Shown here one piece after another: positions 1 to 13,755 of a DNA stretch of 64,000 bases (position 1 is its first letter; every line of letters begins with the position of its first letter). The stretch is taken from assembly GCA_030704615.1 (NCBI GenBank), contig CM060734.1, forward strand, positions 7,626,001 to 7,690,000. The letters are read 5' to 3'. Position numbers and translations under genes: made by a program. This stretch comes from Takakia lepidozioides. Taxonomy: Eukaryota; Plantae; Bryophyta. The notes beneath the pieces were generated by a model. That model did no database searches. It saw only the letters and a program-made list of their open reading frames with translations, and was not told where the DNA came from.

Positions 1-109
1 AATAAGATGGAAGATGGAAATATATGTACAAATGGAAATACAAGCAATGAGCTGAATTCTTTGCTCACAGGGGTTCAGTAGACTGACCCTGGGACCTACA
101 CGGACTAGG

Positions 110-2370
110 ACTACTCATCCTCATCCTCATCCTCATCCTCATCCTCATCGTCAGAGGAGGAGTCATAGCTATCCGATGAGCCTGATGACTCCACGCCCTT
201 CGCCTGAGCACGTAAACCAGGCGGCGTTCCCCTTACTCCCACAGAGCTCTCATCCAATCCCTGACCATGACCCCCCCCCCAGCCATACTAGTGCCTTGTA
301 GTGCACTCATCCCCTCCGTCTTGGCTATGTTGATCATGAGGGATTGCCAACCATGCTCCTTGGCGTAGTTGTACTCTACCGGAGATGACAACATCTCAAA
401 CGTGGTTTCCTACACATGCCACAAATTAAAGTCAGTTTCTCACGATGATGGAGCCAGAAAGAAGACATAACAAAATACATAGGGAAGTATGACTTACAAA
501 TCGGAGGATAAAACCCCTCGATCCGTCGGGGCCCACTTGTGTGTGGATTCGTGCTTCTCAAGGCGGATTGTTGTTGCTTCGCGTGCCCTCTGAAACTTAT
601 CCTTGTTTGCCGCATCATTCTCTCCCACAATGAGCCCACGATACCTACGCACCCCCCCCCCCCACAATTAGTGAATTACACACATACGTTGCATCGAATC
701 CACCTCATTAATGCACATGCAACAAATGGAAGGTGAAATGATTCAAGGATTTGCCAACCTGTGAAATTCCAAAAGATGGTTTGGGTGTGACCCCCTTTTC
801 CATTGCCCTCCGAATCCTTTGTGTGGCACGGTACGTCTTGTTCTTCAAGTTCTGCCCCACCATCTCCATCACCCTTGTCTCACTCCAATTGCCCGGAAAC
901 CGGCGGTCTAACTCACGGGCATACTTGCACTTCTCGCCATAGTACTGATCACCCCACTCGATGTGCCAAGGGAACCACGTCGCTGTGAGTTCAAAGGCTG
1001 GCCCCTTCATAGCCGCCCAAAACGCACCGCACGGGTCACCATGCTTATTGACCTCCACCGGTGGCACAACGATCTTTGCCAAGGCCACCTCCTTTATCCC
1101 CCCGGGATTTCTTCCTTCTTTGCAGGCTCCTTCCCCACCTCCTTTGTTACCCCACTGCCCTCCCCCGCACGCACACCCACCCCGTCGTCTCCATGGGACT
1201 TCTTCCTCTTCTTCTTTTCCTTCCCATTCTCCAGGACTACCTCCTTCCCCTTCCTCGCTACTTCCTCTCTCCTACTTCCTCTCCCTCCTCTCTCTCTCCT
1301 CGGCTGCCCCTTCATTGATGGTAAAAGGGACCTCGGGAGGTCGAGGCTCTTCTTCTTACCTTTGGTGTTCGGGTCCTTCATCAACACCATGTGCTCTGCG
1401 CTCATTGGCAACCCCACGGGAGTGCACCCAACCAGCCAAGAATGTCTCTGCCTCCTGAAGACAAATATCCCCCCCCCAAATTCCAAAAAAGAAACAAACA
1501 AGAAAGAAATACATGCATGCAAAGGAAATGACAAAACATGGAATGGGCAAGGTGCGACGGTTGTACCTTTGCAAGCTTGGCCGACTCGGCCCCGGTGTCA
1601 CCCGATGTGGTAGGAGTCCCCGCTGCCGGAAGTCCCCGCACTATCCCCTCCCGAAGCGCCGCTGGAAGTAGGTTCCAGATGTCGACCATAGCCGGCGGCG
1701 GCGCCCCATAGTCCAAGCCCTTCTTTGCTGACCGCTCAGGCTGAGGGGGCGGCATCATTGATCGGCTAGGGCGCTCCAAACCGGCCCGTAGCTCTTCCTC
1801 CCCTCCCCCACGAATGCGTAGCAGGGTAAAAGCCCTCACCCGGCTTGACTAATTCGAGGTGCTTCGCTATCTCGGCCTCCTCATTGGCCCTCCTCGTCAA
1901 CTCCTCCCTCATGATCAACATTGGGCTAGGGACAGCTAGTTCCCGAGGCCCTTCAACCTGACCTTGGGCCTTGGCAAATGCGGCCTTCACTGCGGAGGAA
2001 GGGGTCTGTATAGGGGTGACATCCAAAAGTTGCCGAACCGGGCCCCCGAACGGGTGATGCGCTTGCGAAGGTACATCTCACCCGTCTTGGTGGCCGGGGG
2101 TGTGTCAACTGAGCATCCGGCCCAGCAACAACTTCCCGAATAGGAGAGGTGGCTGAGCCGGCCCCTGGCGAATCCAAGACGGGGACAAGAGGGGGGGGGG
2201 GGGGCTGGCCTCAAGGGGCAGAGGAGCCCTCCGGCTGCGGCTGTCGACGGGGCTGGTTAACCGTGAGACGCCAGCCCGCGTCACACGTGCCGGCAGAGCA
2301 AACGGGTTCTCCGCCCCTTTCTTTGGGGCAGGGGACTTCTTCTCTTTCCCCATAAGCCTGGCACCTATCA
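110..2370 (-). pseudogene. CACTA/En-Spm second ORF (TnpA/PTTA, Transposase_24-like), spliced and degenerate
   Basis: ORF 708-1088 (GDPCGAFW...W..Q...K..Y..EL..RFPG..S...V...VG..LKNK) resembles plant Ptta/En-Spm proteins. It has a basic low-complexity N-terminus (1094-2370), GT-AG boundaries (e.g. acceptor near 1456) and an acidic (ED)n C-terminus encoded by the ctcatc repeats at about 115-150. Boundaries are approximate. Confidence 0.5.
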
Positions 2371-2429
2371 TGCAAACCCAAAAGTTGGCCTCACTAGGAA
2401 ACAATCTCTATATTCCAGATCCAAAAAAA

Positions 2430-5400
2430 AAAACAAAGCATGTGGGGGGCTGAGAGCAGCAAGTGCTGCTACTCTCAGCTCCGCCCCACTAGAGAGGGTG
2501 CAAGAAAAATAAAATAAAAAAGTGGGGGGGGGAGTGACTGAGCAGCAGCAGCTGCTCAATCTCCCCCCCCCCCACCTTTTTTGTTTTTGTTTGCTCGTCT
2601 CGCCCTCTCTCTCCCTCTCTCTCCCTCTCTCCCTTTCCCTCTATAACTCTTTGGATTTCATCTGACCTTAACCTTTTGAGGTTATTTAGTTTTTCATCCC
2701 AGCCTTTTTCATCCAAATTTGGATGATTTTATTATAGGGTGATGAAACTTAATGTACAGAAAGCTGGATTTACCATCTATTTCTTTCATCTAAACTGGAT
2801 GATCTACATAAATAATGGTTACCTATTATAAAATCCAAGAGAATAATAAAACTACCATCATAAATGATGGCAATTATTAAACCTAAGCCTATACCATAAC
2901 CCTAAAAGATACCTTTCTATGGGATGTCATCCATTGACAAGGTGCCTCTCTTGGTAAAATGTGATTTTTCATCCACCTTGGATGAAAAATCGGGAAGTTT
3001 TGCCCTAAGCAGGCCGACACACTTCACAGCACTGAACTCGTGCTTCAGTGAACCTTGATGATGCGCCGTATAAACCTGCTCCCCTACTGCTACATGGTAC
3101 TCGTGATGGCTGGCTCTTGGGATGCGCATTGGTGGTTAAACAGATTCTTCTCTGGCAGACGACAAAGCGGTGATCGCTTTGATCAGAAACTCATGGTTCT
3201 TTATTTTGCAGCGGCGCTTTTACTCCTTGTTGGGAAGTACTCTATCCCTATTTATCTACAGATTACATGTTGCTCTCTCTTTGTGTATGAGCCATTCTCT
3301 ATCTGTGAACGCTTCTACTCTGATTGCGTTCTGTTGGGGACGATCTGTTGGACGCCAAGGCGCAGGGCATACCACAAACACTCAAGGTTTTTTGAGTTTA
3401 CCCTTGCTTGAATTGTGATTTGTACTTGCTTTAGAATTCAACACTGACATGGATAGCAACTGTGAAGACCTGCCATTTACCTGCTGCATCCTCACTAACA
3501 CACATCGCTATGTGGTGGTTTTTGGGACGGGCACAGGTGAGGGTCTTCACTTGTCTTGATTTCTTGAAAGCTTGCAGCTCCTGTTCTTGCAAATGTGGAT
3601 TCTGCTGCTGCCTATGCTGCTGATGCCATCTACTGTTTCAAACTGCCACCATACCGCTTCAGACCTGCTCCAAGATGGCTCCAATGAGGATCTGCTTCTC
3701 TCCTTACCCCTGTTTATGGTTTTTTACAACCACATTTGCATGTGTAGGAGTTAAGCTATGAAGGATACAAGGATACAAAATAGCAGTTATTACTCTAACT
3801 GCCTTGATACTTGGCTCTGAAATGAAACTTCTTGGTATGACTCTGATGGATCAAAAGGATAGGCTTTGATAGATAACACACATTCTTCAAGGCCCTCATA
3901 TCATTTTGGTTTCATGGCTTGATAACAAACAGGGGTTTCTGAGCTGCTCTTTCACCTTGGCAGAACTATTTTATGAGGCCTTAAAATACCATTCTAGGCC
4001 TATACCTGCTTAAGGGGGCTCTACCCTTTTGTTTCTTCTTTCTTTTTTAATAATCTTGCTTATATCTTGGTTCTAAAACATCATCTTCAAACCAAACCTG
4101 CAATCTGGTTTTTGAAATGAGTTTGAAATGAATTTTTGAGATGATGATGCATACTATGGTGCTTTCATGATATGAATGACCTGGAATCCCACCCTCCCGC
4201 CCTGTTTTTTCAAAGACCCTGAAATGTAATGGGGTATTCAAATGAGATTGTAAACATGAAAGGGAATGTTAGATGGTGCCCTGTAAAGGGCTGTTTTGTC
4301 TTTCAATGACAATGACCTTAGCGGTCTTGTCCATGTCTTGACATGACATGTATATCTTCCCTCTCTCTCTCTCTCTATTGTCACTCCCCACAGAAAAACA
4401 AAAATCAGAGAGGAGAGAGAGGGGGCAGAAGAGAGGGAGAGAGAGCAGCTGCTCAGTCACTCCCCCCCCCCCCACCTTTCTTGATCTCTCCCTCTCTCTC
4501 CCTATCTTTTGTGTTGCTTAAAAAACAAAACAAACAAGAGAGGGAGAGAGGGGGCAAAAAACTTAAAAATAGAGAGGGAGAGGGACAGAGACAAAAGAGA
4601 GGGAAGATATACATGTCATGTCAAGACATGGACAAGACCACTAAGGTCATTGTCATTGAAAGACAAAGCAGCCCTTTACAGGGCACCATCTAACAACCAC
4701 TTCCATGTTTACCATCTCATTTGAATATCCCATTACATTTCAGGGGATCTGAAAAAACAGGGTGGGAGGGTGGGAGGGTGGGATTCTTGGTCAATCATAT
4801 TATGAAAGCACCATAGTTTGACATACAACGATCACCACCATACTTGCCGATTGTAACATCATTTCAAAAACCAGATTGCAGGTCTGGAGATAATTCTCGA
4901 GAGCCAAGCACATAATACTTTAAATTGCAATTGAAACAGCAAGCCATACATGTCTTAAGCATTTGCTTGTTGACATAATGATTCCTCATTTTTTGTTGAC
5001 ATGGGTCAAGCCTTACATAATCCAGTTCTTGAGCCATTCATCTTCCTAAAAAGGCATCTTGTGTTGGCTTGAAACCGATCTATCAGTGCCAAGACACATG
5101 CAAGATTCATAAAGTAGAAACGGGGCTGAGTTTTTTCAGGCATATGCAGGCCTGGATTGGTATTCCGGGGCCTCATAAACAGCTCTGCCAGGGTAAAAAA
5201 TAAATAACTCAGAATTCCAAGTCAATCATATCATGAAAGCACCATGGTTTAATAAAAAATTCCCTATACTTGCAGATTGTACCTTCATTTCAGAAACCAG
5301 ATTGCAGGTCTGGAGATAATCTCCAGAACCAAGCCCTTCAAGCAACAAATGTCTTTCTTGCTTAGTTTTATCCAAGTAAGAATATCTCTACACCTAGCAA

Positions 5401-7700
5401 GGTGTATCATGACCAGGTTTAGGCCATGAAAAAGTATTTTAAACTGTCATGCTAGGCTACTTGCTGGACCATAAAGGTTATTGTTTTAGAATCCAGTTTT
5501 TGAATAAGTCGCCTTCCTAAAAAACCAGCCAGCCTGAAGGTATCATAGCATTGCAAATGAATGAGCAAGCATTACATGCAATGACATGGCTTATTTGAGT
5601 CTATGTAAGGAGCTGCAGGTCTGGAATGGAATTCCAGGACTTCATGATCAAAACTCTGCCAGGGTAGAAGGTTAGAAGCACACAACACCTACCAGCAAGC
5701 AGGTCTTGAAAATCAAAATTATGATGGGGCCAGGTCTGAAGGTGCTTCAGTGCCAAGTCATAGGCAAGACTTCTAGCAACACAAAACACAGGGCTGAGTA
5801 CCCTCAAGCAGATATGGGCCTGGAGTGGAATTTCAGGGCCTCATAAAAAGCTCTGCCAATTAAAGAAAGGAACTCAGAAACCCCTGTCCCCTATCATGCA
5901 ATGAAATCAGAAGGGTTCACAGATAGAGAAGAGCTCATACAAAGTGCAAGAGCCATATGTAATCTATAGATAAATAGGGGTAGAGTACTTCCCAACGAGG
6001 AGTAAAAGCGCCGCTGCAATTAAAAAGAACCATGAGGGTCTGAGCAAAGCGATCATCACTTTGTCACCTGCCAGAGAAGAATCTGCATAACCGCCAATGC
6101 GCATCCCAAGAGCCAGCCATCACGGGTACCATGCAGCAGTTGGGGAGCAGATTTGCACGGCGCATCATCAAGGATCCCTGAAGCACGAGCTCTGTGCTGT
6201 GAAAGGTGTCGGCCTGCTTAGGGCACAGATCCCCGATTTCTCATCCAGGGGGGATGAAAAGTCGCATTCAAGCAGGAGATGCACTTGTCAATGGATGACA
6301 TCCATTAAAAAGGTAACTTTTAGGGTTAGGGTATAGGCTCAAGTTTAATAACTGCCATCATTTATAATAAATGATGGTAAAATTACTCTCTCCTAGATTA
6401 AAATAGGTCACCATCATTCATGGAATTCATCCCGTTTGGATGAAAAAGGAGAAAACAAATGATAAACCAAGATTTATGCACAGTAAGGGTCATCATCCTA
6501 ATAATTTCATCCAGATTTGGATGAGAAAGGAGATTAGGATGAAAAACCAAAATCTGCAGAGTAAGCGTCGTCATCCTTCAAAAAATTCATCCAGTTTTGG
6601 ATGAAAAGGGAATTGGGATGAACAACCAAATAACCAGCATTAGAAAGGTTAAGGCCAGATGAAATCCAAAGAGTTATAGAGGGAGAGGGAGAGAGGGGGC
6701 AACAAAGGAAAAAATAAATAAAAATGGGGGGGGGGACTGACTCAGCAGCAGCAACAGCTGCTTAGTCCCCCCACCCTTTTTCTTTTTTGGGTTTCCTGAT
6801 CTCTCCCTCTCTCCCTCTCCCTCTATACAAGGAACTTGCTTGTATTTTTTCCAAAACCCAGGAAGGCTTGGACTAATTCTGTCTAAACCATATTTTAATT
6901 TCATCCATACTGGATATAATCATGAAAAAGGATGAATTCCATTAAAGAATATTCTCTGATAGCTGGGTTTTTTGGATGATTTTGGTCATGAGAACTAACC
7001 CTAATGAAAGCCAGACTCTATTTTGGATGCCATCCCTACTGGATGACATCATGAAGAAATCAGGGAAGTTCTTTACATCTCATTACCTGTTTTTCATCTA
7101 ATTTGGATGAAATCGCGGCAAAGGTTTGCCCTATCTCTTCCTCTGCCCTAAAAATCTGCACGGTACTCGTGCGTTTAGATTCTGCAGGAGTTGAGAGATG
7201 GTGTCAGAGGGTTCATTTAAACACAGGGTATGCAATGGCGGCAGAGCTTCAATTCCCTCAATGAGGTTGTCTCTTCCCTTGGCGGACAATCTACCCTATG
7301 CTGTGATTGTTTGTCGATCCGTTCAATGGTCATTAAGATCCAGCGCCGCTCTTAAACTTTCAGGAAGTCTCTTCACCTAATAAAATGCTCGTAGAAATCA
7401 GCAAACCGTTGCTTGTTTGTGCTGTCGATTGCCGAGTTCTTGGAGCTATGTCGAATCCTCTTCCACAAACCCTTAAGGTTGTGGGCTATCTTTGCTTTGT
7501 TTTTTATCTCTTCTTGCTTTTGAACGCATGTTGTACATCGATAACAAGCATGAGGCCTGATATTCACCTGGGGTTCCACATCTTCACTAACTTCATTGTT
7601 TTTTTATTGCATGTGATGGGACCAGGTGAGGGCCCTCACTTAATATGATTCATGAAGCTTGCAATTGATTGAAACCTAGCAAGATGAAGTGAAGTCGACT
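2430..7700. repeat. Nested fold-back (inverted repeat) complex built from a diverged unit rich in GGATGA/TCATCC
   Basis: About 2620-3310 is the reverse complement of about 5915-6690. About 4150-4370 is inverted at about 4598-4820, and about 3930-4010 is inverted at about 5800-5885 and 5120-5215. A diverged direct copy of about 2500-3580 lies at about 6700-7670. Confidence 0.85.
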
Positions 7701-8336
7701 CAAGCTGTTTCTTCAGGGAGCTGATTCAAATCTGCCCCCCATATCTTGATCTTTCTGGCTATGCGTCCAACTCTTTTTGTTGAGCATTAGTGCATTAGAT
7801 GAGCTTTATTAGAACACATACTTTCTATTAATGACTCTGGCCTTTGATTTCTGCTACACTACATGATGGTGCTGGATTTGTTGTTTATAGCCCAGCATGA
7901 GCTCTTGATTTCGGTTTATAGTACTGGTATGATGTTGTGGCTTGAATGATATCAAGCCGCTAAGTAAGAGGACATAGGGAACCCCCACCTTTTGTTTTTA
8001 GGCCATGTATGTTGCCTGATGCACCTAAAACGGGCTCTGGGATAGACTGGCTTTACTGCTATGGCATGTACCCAGCAGCACAGTAGCCTGAAGGATCTTT
8101 TTGAACTCAGACAATATGTTTAGAGGTATCTCAAGACATCAGGGATTAAGCTCGTACATACCCTGTATATCTCTCTATACCTCCACGAACGCTTTGTGAT
8201 ATGGTAAACATTTTGCTAGAGTATATACTTGTTGTACCTGACTGAAGCCAGGTTATGGAACATAATACAATATCTTCTGTTGTGTTCCCTGTTTACAAAC
8301 TGTTTAGAAATATCTGCAGATATACAATGTAACCAT

Positions 8337-9406
8337 GGATGAAATTCAGCAATCTGAAGACTTGCTTCCCTGCTTTGCACAGTAGTAAAGTAGCAATATG
8401 TATAACTGCTTGCTACTCAACACCTTGTTACCACATCTATACAATGGCCCCAGACCTAAACTAGGTCTTGGGGAAAAAAAAAAAGGTATGATGTCATACC
8501 TTCTATGTGTAAATGTTGTACAAGGCTGTCTGCTGCTTTGATATGGCCATAAGGTTACATAAAAATTGGAATTTCCTTTCCAGACTGTCAATGTAATCAT
8601 GGGGAGTAAATCTAGCAAGGTGAACAAGAATTTCCGCTATAAACTGTTGCTAATGTTACATCTGAAACATACACAGACATGGGATACATGACTGGGTCCC
8701 TGTTTGGGTGAACATTAAAGTGACTCATATAGTGAGGCGGATCTTTATGTAGGAGGTCATATGGTGTGCCAGCCATTGGGCTCACATGAAGGGAATGTCC
8801 ACACATCTTGTTTTTTGCCCCAAGACCTGGTTTCAGTCTGGGGCCAGTGTGCATAAGTGGATTCAAAAGGTTTTGAGCAGCAAGTGATTACTGATTATCA
8901 CAGACTGTAAAGAAATCCAAAAAAACATAGGGCCTGCAGTAAACAACATACTTGGCCTAGAGCCCAACGGCTGGCACACCATATGGCCTCCTACATAAAG
9001 ATCCGCCTCACTATATGAGTCACATTAATGTTCATCCAAACAGGGACCCAGTCATGTATCCCATGTCTATGTATGTTTTAAATGTGACAGTAGCAACAGT
9101 TCAAAGCGGAAATTCTTGTTCACCTTGCTAGATTTACTCCCCATGATTACATTGACAGTCTAGAAAGGAAATTCCAGTTTTTATGTAATCTTATGGCCAT
9201 ATCAAAGCAGCAGACAACCTTGTACAACATTTACACGTAAGTGGTATGACATCATACCTCGTTTTTTTTGCGCCAAGACCTGGTTTAGGCTTGGGTCATT
9301 GTATAGATATGATAACAAGGTGTTGAGTAGCAACCAGTTATACATGTTGCTACTTTACCACTGTGCAAAGCAGGGAGGCAAGTCTTCAGATTGCTGAATT
9401 TCATCA
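8337..9406. repeat. Long inverted repeat (about 445-bp arms, about 175-bp loop)
   Basis: 8337-8783 (gatgaaattcagcaatctgaagac...gccattgggctc) is the reverse complement of 8959-9406 (gagcccaacggc...cagattgctgaatttcatc), with scattered mismatches. Confidence 0.92.
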
Positions 9407-9413
9407 CCCATAG

Positions 9414-12400
9414 ATGCCATGGTCGCGGAAAGAGGCGCGCGAAGTGTTGGACTCCGTGGGGATGAGCTATAAGATTTTTCATGCATGTCCATGTGATAAA
9501 ACCCTATACTACAGAGAGGATTCGCGTCTCACCAAGTGCCCAAAGTGCAAGGAAGACCGATATCGGGATGATGTCCAAGGGAAAAAAGTACCACGCAAGG
9601 TATAAGCGCCATTCCCCTCGCATAGAAATTTTCTTCTTTAATCTTGTCAATGCATGTCAAGTATATTCCACAAAGTTTAGGGTTTAGAGAGTAGTACTCA
9701 TGCAAGATCTGATTGTGGCTTTGGAAGGAGTGAGTAATACTAAAACCGGTTTGGTTTTGACCATTCACGCCCAAATGAGGGACAGGCTGTATAAAAGGAA
9801 AGACATAAGGGTGTTGTATTATGTGTCCTAATGGGATGATTATATGTGGGGGACGTGGGGTATTTCATCCTAGAAAATGCATTACTTTCCGTTCATCCCG
9901 CGATTGAAGGCACACTACCGAAGCCCGGAGTTGGCAACACTGATGAGATGGGACGCCTCGCATCGGAGCCCCCTGGGAAAGGTGTGCGGGCCACAAGATT
10001 CACAAGCATGGAGGCATACTGAAGAGATGTGGCCTTTTCTCTTGGAGGACCCACGACATGTCCGCCTCGGCTTCTCCTCGGATGGGGTCAACCCATACTC
10101 TGTCCAGTCATGTAGTCATTCCACTTGGCCGGTGACCTTGGTGAATTACAACATCCCTCCATATCTTTCAATAAAAAAAGGCCATATCATGTTGGCTGCC
10201 ATTGTACCATGCGAGTGTTCCCATTTCATGCTTATTATTCCCTTGGACTTTACATTAATCTTATGATCTCTGGCGCAATTCGGATACAAGATTGATGAGT
10301 GACATAATCATGGAGTAAGACGTGTAATTCATTATGTAGTATAATTTGCATATTGGTGGAGCATTGAAACAATGATGTGAATGTCTCATAGGGAAAAAAC
10401 AAGTGGCAAAATGGACACGTACTTGCGACCTCTAGTTGATGAACTTAATGAGCTATGGAGGGGGGTCCCGGCATGGATGCTTCACTTGACCCTATAGCCG
10501 GACAATCTTTTCAGATGAGAGGCATATTGCTTTGGACAATGCATGATTATCCAGGTATATTATGTTCCCCATGAAGAACCCGCGTACATTTACTTGTCAA
10601 GGCGACAGTCTTGTGCACCGTAGTGGGGTAGATGGCACTATGGGCCATGCACAAGAAAACTTCTTGTCTTGGCTAATGTGGCGGGATGTGTACAGGACTA
10701 ACTATCTGCTCAGGGCTAAGCAACAAAAGGTACCATGCGTGCTTGCATTGTGGCGATGATCTTGATGCACATAGTTCCCGCCATCTTCGCAAGATGGTGT
10801 ATCCCAACTACCGCAAGTTTCTTCCTATGAGCCATCGATGGAGAATAAGAGATAAACATTTGTTTGATGGCAAAGAGGAGGTATGTCCCCCCCCCAGTGA
10901 CACCATCCGGGCAGTTTTGGGAAGACCGATGGAAGGAGGCCCATGCGGGCACGGTCGGTAAAGTGGACGTGCCCGGCATAAAGCGACTTTCAATCTTCTA
11001 CGAGTTGTCATATTGGGCGGTACATATTGCACAAAAACACCGTCAATTTCCTTATGCATGCATGTGATATTGCACATTTGGTATGCGTTGCATTGTCACT
11101 TTCACGTCAAAAAATTTGTGTAAGTATTTGTGGGTGGGGATATATGTAGGACATGAAGATTCGTCATCTTCTAGATCCCATGCATATTGAAAAGAATGTC
11201 TGCTCGTCCTTTTTTCAGGTTCTTTATGGCACGCCGGCAAAGAAGGCAAAAGGAGATTCTCTCGATGTTAGAAAGGAGCTTGAGGAGCAGGGTTGCATGC
11301 GCCATCTATGGGCCGAACAAAATGGTGTGGACCCAAAGGGTGTTGTACGGTGGAAGTATAGGTGCGCACCTTGGCACTAGACAAAGGAGGAATACAAGAA
11401 TGTGATAGCCACCATAGGTGCTGTCCGAACACCAACTGGTTATGGGTCATCCCTCCGTATGAAGTTCAACGAAGACGGGGTCCATGGTTTGAAGTCTCAT
11501 GACTACCACAATATTTTGCAAGACATCTTGCCCATTGCAATACGTGGGACATTGACTCCCGAGGTTCGCGAGACAATCTACAAATTGGGAGGCTTGTTCC
11601 GGTGGATTTGCTCCAAAGAGTTGGAGGAAGCGGATTTTCCACGCATGAAGAAGGAGGCAGCGGAGGTAATGTGTATGTTGGAGATGAACCTTCCTCCCTC
11701 CTTCTTTGACATCCAAGTGCACTTGGTAGTGCACTTAGTGGAAGAGGCTTCGATTGCCAGCCCCGTTCATTCTCAATGGATGTACTTCCTTGAGCGTTAC
11801 ATGAAGACTTTGAAAGCATTTGTAAGACAAATGGCGCACCCGGAGGGTAGCATGGCGGAGGGGTATACATTGCAAGAAGCTATGTTATATTGCATGGAGT
11901 ACATGGCAAGGGTAGATGAGGAAGCCCCTCGGATGTGGAAGGAAGAGGAGGATGCACGAACCAATGACATCGTTTTGCCCAAAAAATCGAAGAGGGTAAA
12001 ATTGCGGACCTTGGTTATTGAGCAAGCGCATGACTTCATACTGAAGAACACCCCATCCATACATGAGTGGGAGGCAAGATACAATAACCTTGTTCAACAA
12101 CGAGAGGAGGAGACGTTTGCATGGAGGCGGAACCATCTAAGGCCGGTTACTAGACGCCGTCGACGAGGAGCGGGCCGCCGGAATGTTCCTTCACAAGATT
12201 TGCCCATGGAATTGCAGCCTCTAAGTTCATTCCAACAGTGGCTCAAGACTTCAGTTTATGACGCCGGTTCTCAAGGTGAGGTGGTTTCAGATATGGTGCA
12301 AGACCTTGCAAGGGGCCCCTCTCAATTCGCGACCTCATACACGACGGTTTGGGATCACGGTCGTCATTTCTGCATTCGTGCTCTTGACATGAAGTGCAAA

Positions 12401-13109
12401 ACAATGTTTGATTCGGGCTTGTGTGCCACATATTGGCAAGACTCCGTGTGGGGCAAGGGAGATACACGACCTGCTATGAGCAAACTTGAGTACATTGGAG
12501 AGCTTGAGAGCATATTCCAACTTCAGTATACAAGGTATCGGCCTCTTTTTTTCAAGGGAAGGTGGTTCCAGCCACATCTTGTGGGGCCCTCCGCAACACT
12601 AGTGCAAGATGATTGTGGTTTCATGCGCGTCAATGCCTATAGGCTCAACCCTCCTCATCGTCCCTCCGATGAGCCTTTTGCATTTCCTTCAGACATGGAG
12701 CAAGTTTTCTTCTCCGATGACAAAACAAGAGGGGGAAATTGGAAGGTGGTTCTGCATGCTCAGCCAAGAGGAAAACGTATCTATCATGGTCTCGGATCTC
12801 CACGGGGTGAGGCAATTACGGTGGAGGGACAAACTGGTCATAATGATGCTGATGATGGAGGTTGGGTAGAGGGGATAGAAGAGGATGATGACGCCCCGGG
12901 GAGTGCATCCCGGACCCTATATGATGGCTCCAGAAGATACGGATGTTGGACAAAGAGATAAAGACATGGCCATCGACAACGAGGTGGAGGATGATTCAGA
13001 GGTGTCTTTTGAGGGCGGGGCCATTTATGACGATGACTCCGATGTCCAAGAAGACTTGCAGCTTGATGAGGATGAAGAAGCTCCGGATAATGATGTTCAA
13101 GTTGATTAG
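9414..13109 (+). pseudogene. CACTA/En-Spm transposase (TnpD/TNP2; Transposase_21 + DUF4218 + DUF4216), spliced, with frameshifts and no 5' part
   Basis: Motifs YKIFHACPCDKTLY..CPKC, DSQAWRH, RHVRLGFSSDGVNPY..HSTWPV..NYNIPP, HDYP, RHLLDPMHIEKNV, GLKSHDYH, PPSFFDIQVHLVVHL, WMYFLERYMKTLK..PEGSMAEGY and DEPFAFPS..EQVFF. Introns at about 9600-9875, 10210-10390, 10555-10690 and 11020-11150. Confidence 0.93.
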
Positions 13110-13379
13110 ACACGTAATCAGAGCCATATAATAATTCTCGCACCGAACTGTACCCATCCCTTCGATTGATTATACATGTACATGCATATTGTAGCTTATT
13201 TCTATGATTCATCAATGGTCTTGCAATAATCTCTCTCTCTCTCTCGATGATGATGATGATGCAAGCAAATCTATTAACAATCAAGAGAGAGAGGGAGAGA
13301 GAGAGGGGGGGCAAAGAAAGAAAAACAGAGAGGTGGGGGCCCTCCCCTAGAGTCCCATCCCCCGTCCCCACCCCCTCTC

Positions 13380-13755
13380 CTTGCCCCTTAACTCAAAGAA
13401 AAAGACCGCCCCCCCTTGCCACCCCCCGCCGTGGCAAGCCAAAAAAACCCGTCGCAATACCCCCTTGCCACGCCCGGCCGTCACAGAGGCCTTTTCCCCC
13501 TTCAAGCCACCTTGTCACGCCCGAGCATGGCAAGTGGGGCCGCCTCCCTTTGCGACGGCCAGGCATGGCAAGAAAGGGCTACCTCTTGCCCTTGAGGCCA
13601 TCTGGCCACGTCCCGGCGTCGCAAGATGATCCCGGCGCTGGGGGGCGACACCTGGGTGCTGGGTTGCCACACAAATAGCGCCGGGGCGCCAGCTCAGCGC
13701 CGCGCGGGGTGTGGGGGCGTGGCTGCCGTCACTAACCCCCCTTTTTGCAGTAGTG
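13380..13755 (-). mobile_element. CACTA right terminus: subterminal repeats and TIR
   Basis: ctttttgcagtagtg at 13741-13755 reads CACTACTGCAAAAAG on the minus strand. It is preceded by many TTGCCAC/GTGGCAAG-like subterminal motifs in both orientations. Confidence 0.85.

Noticed and set aside
2392-2495. CACTAG motifs as the left CACTA TIR
   Set aside because: They do not match CACTACTGCAAAAAG beyond the first five bases and lack the subterminal repeats.
2917-7648. Short ORFs in the fold-back region as genes
   Set aside because: They show no recognisable motifs. Their duplication is explained by the DNA repeats, and reading frames are not preserved in the third copy.
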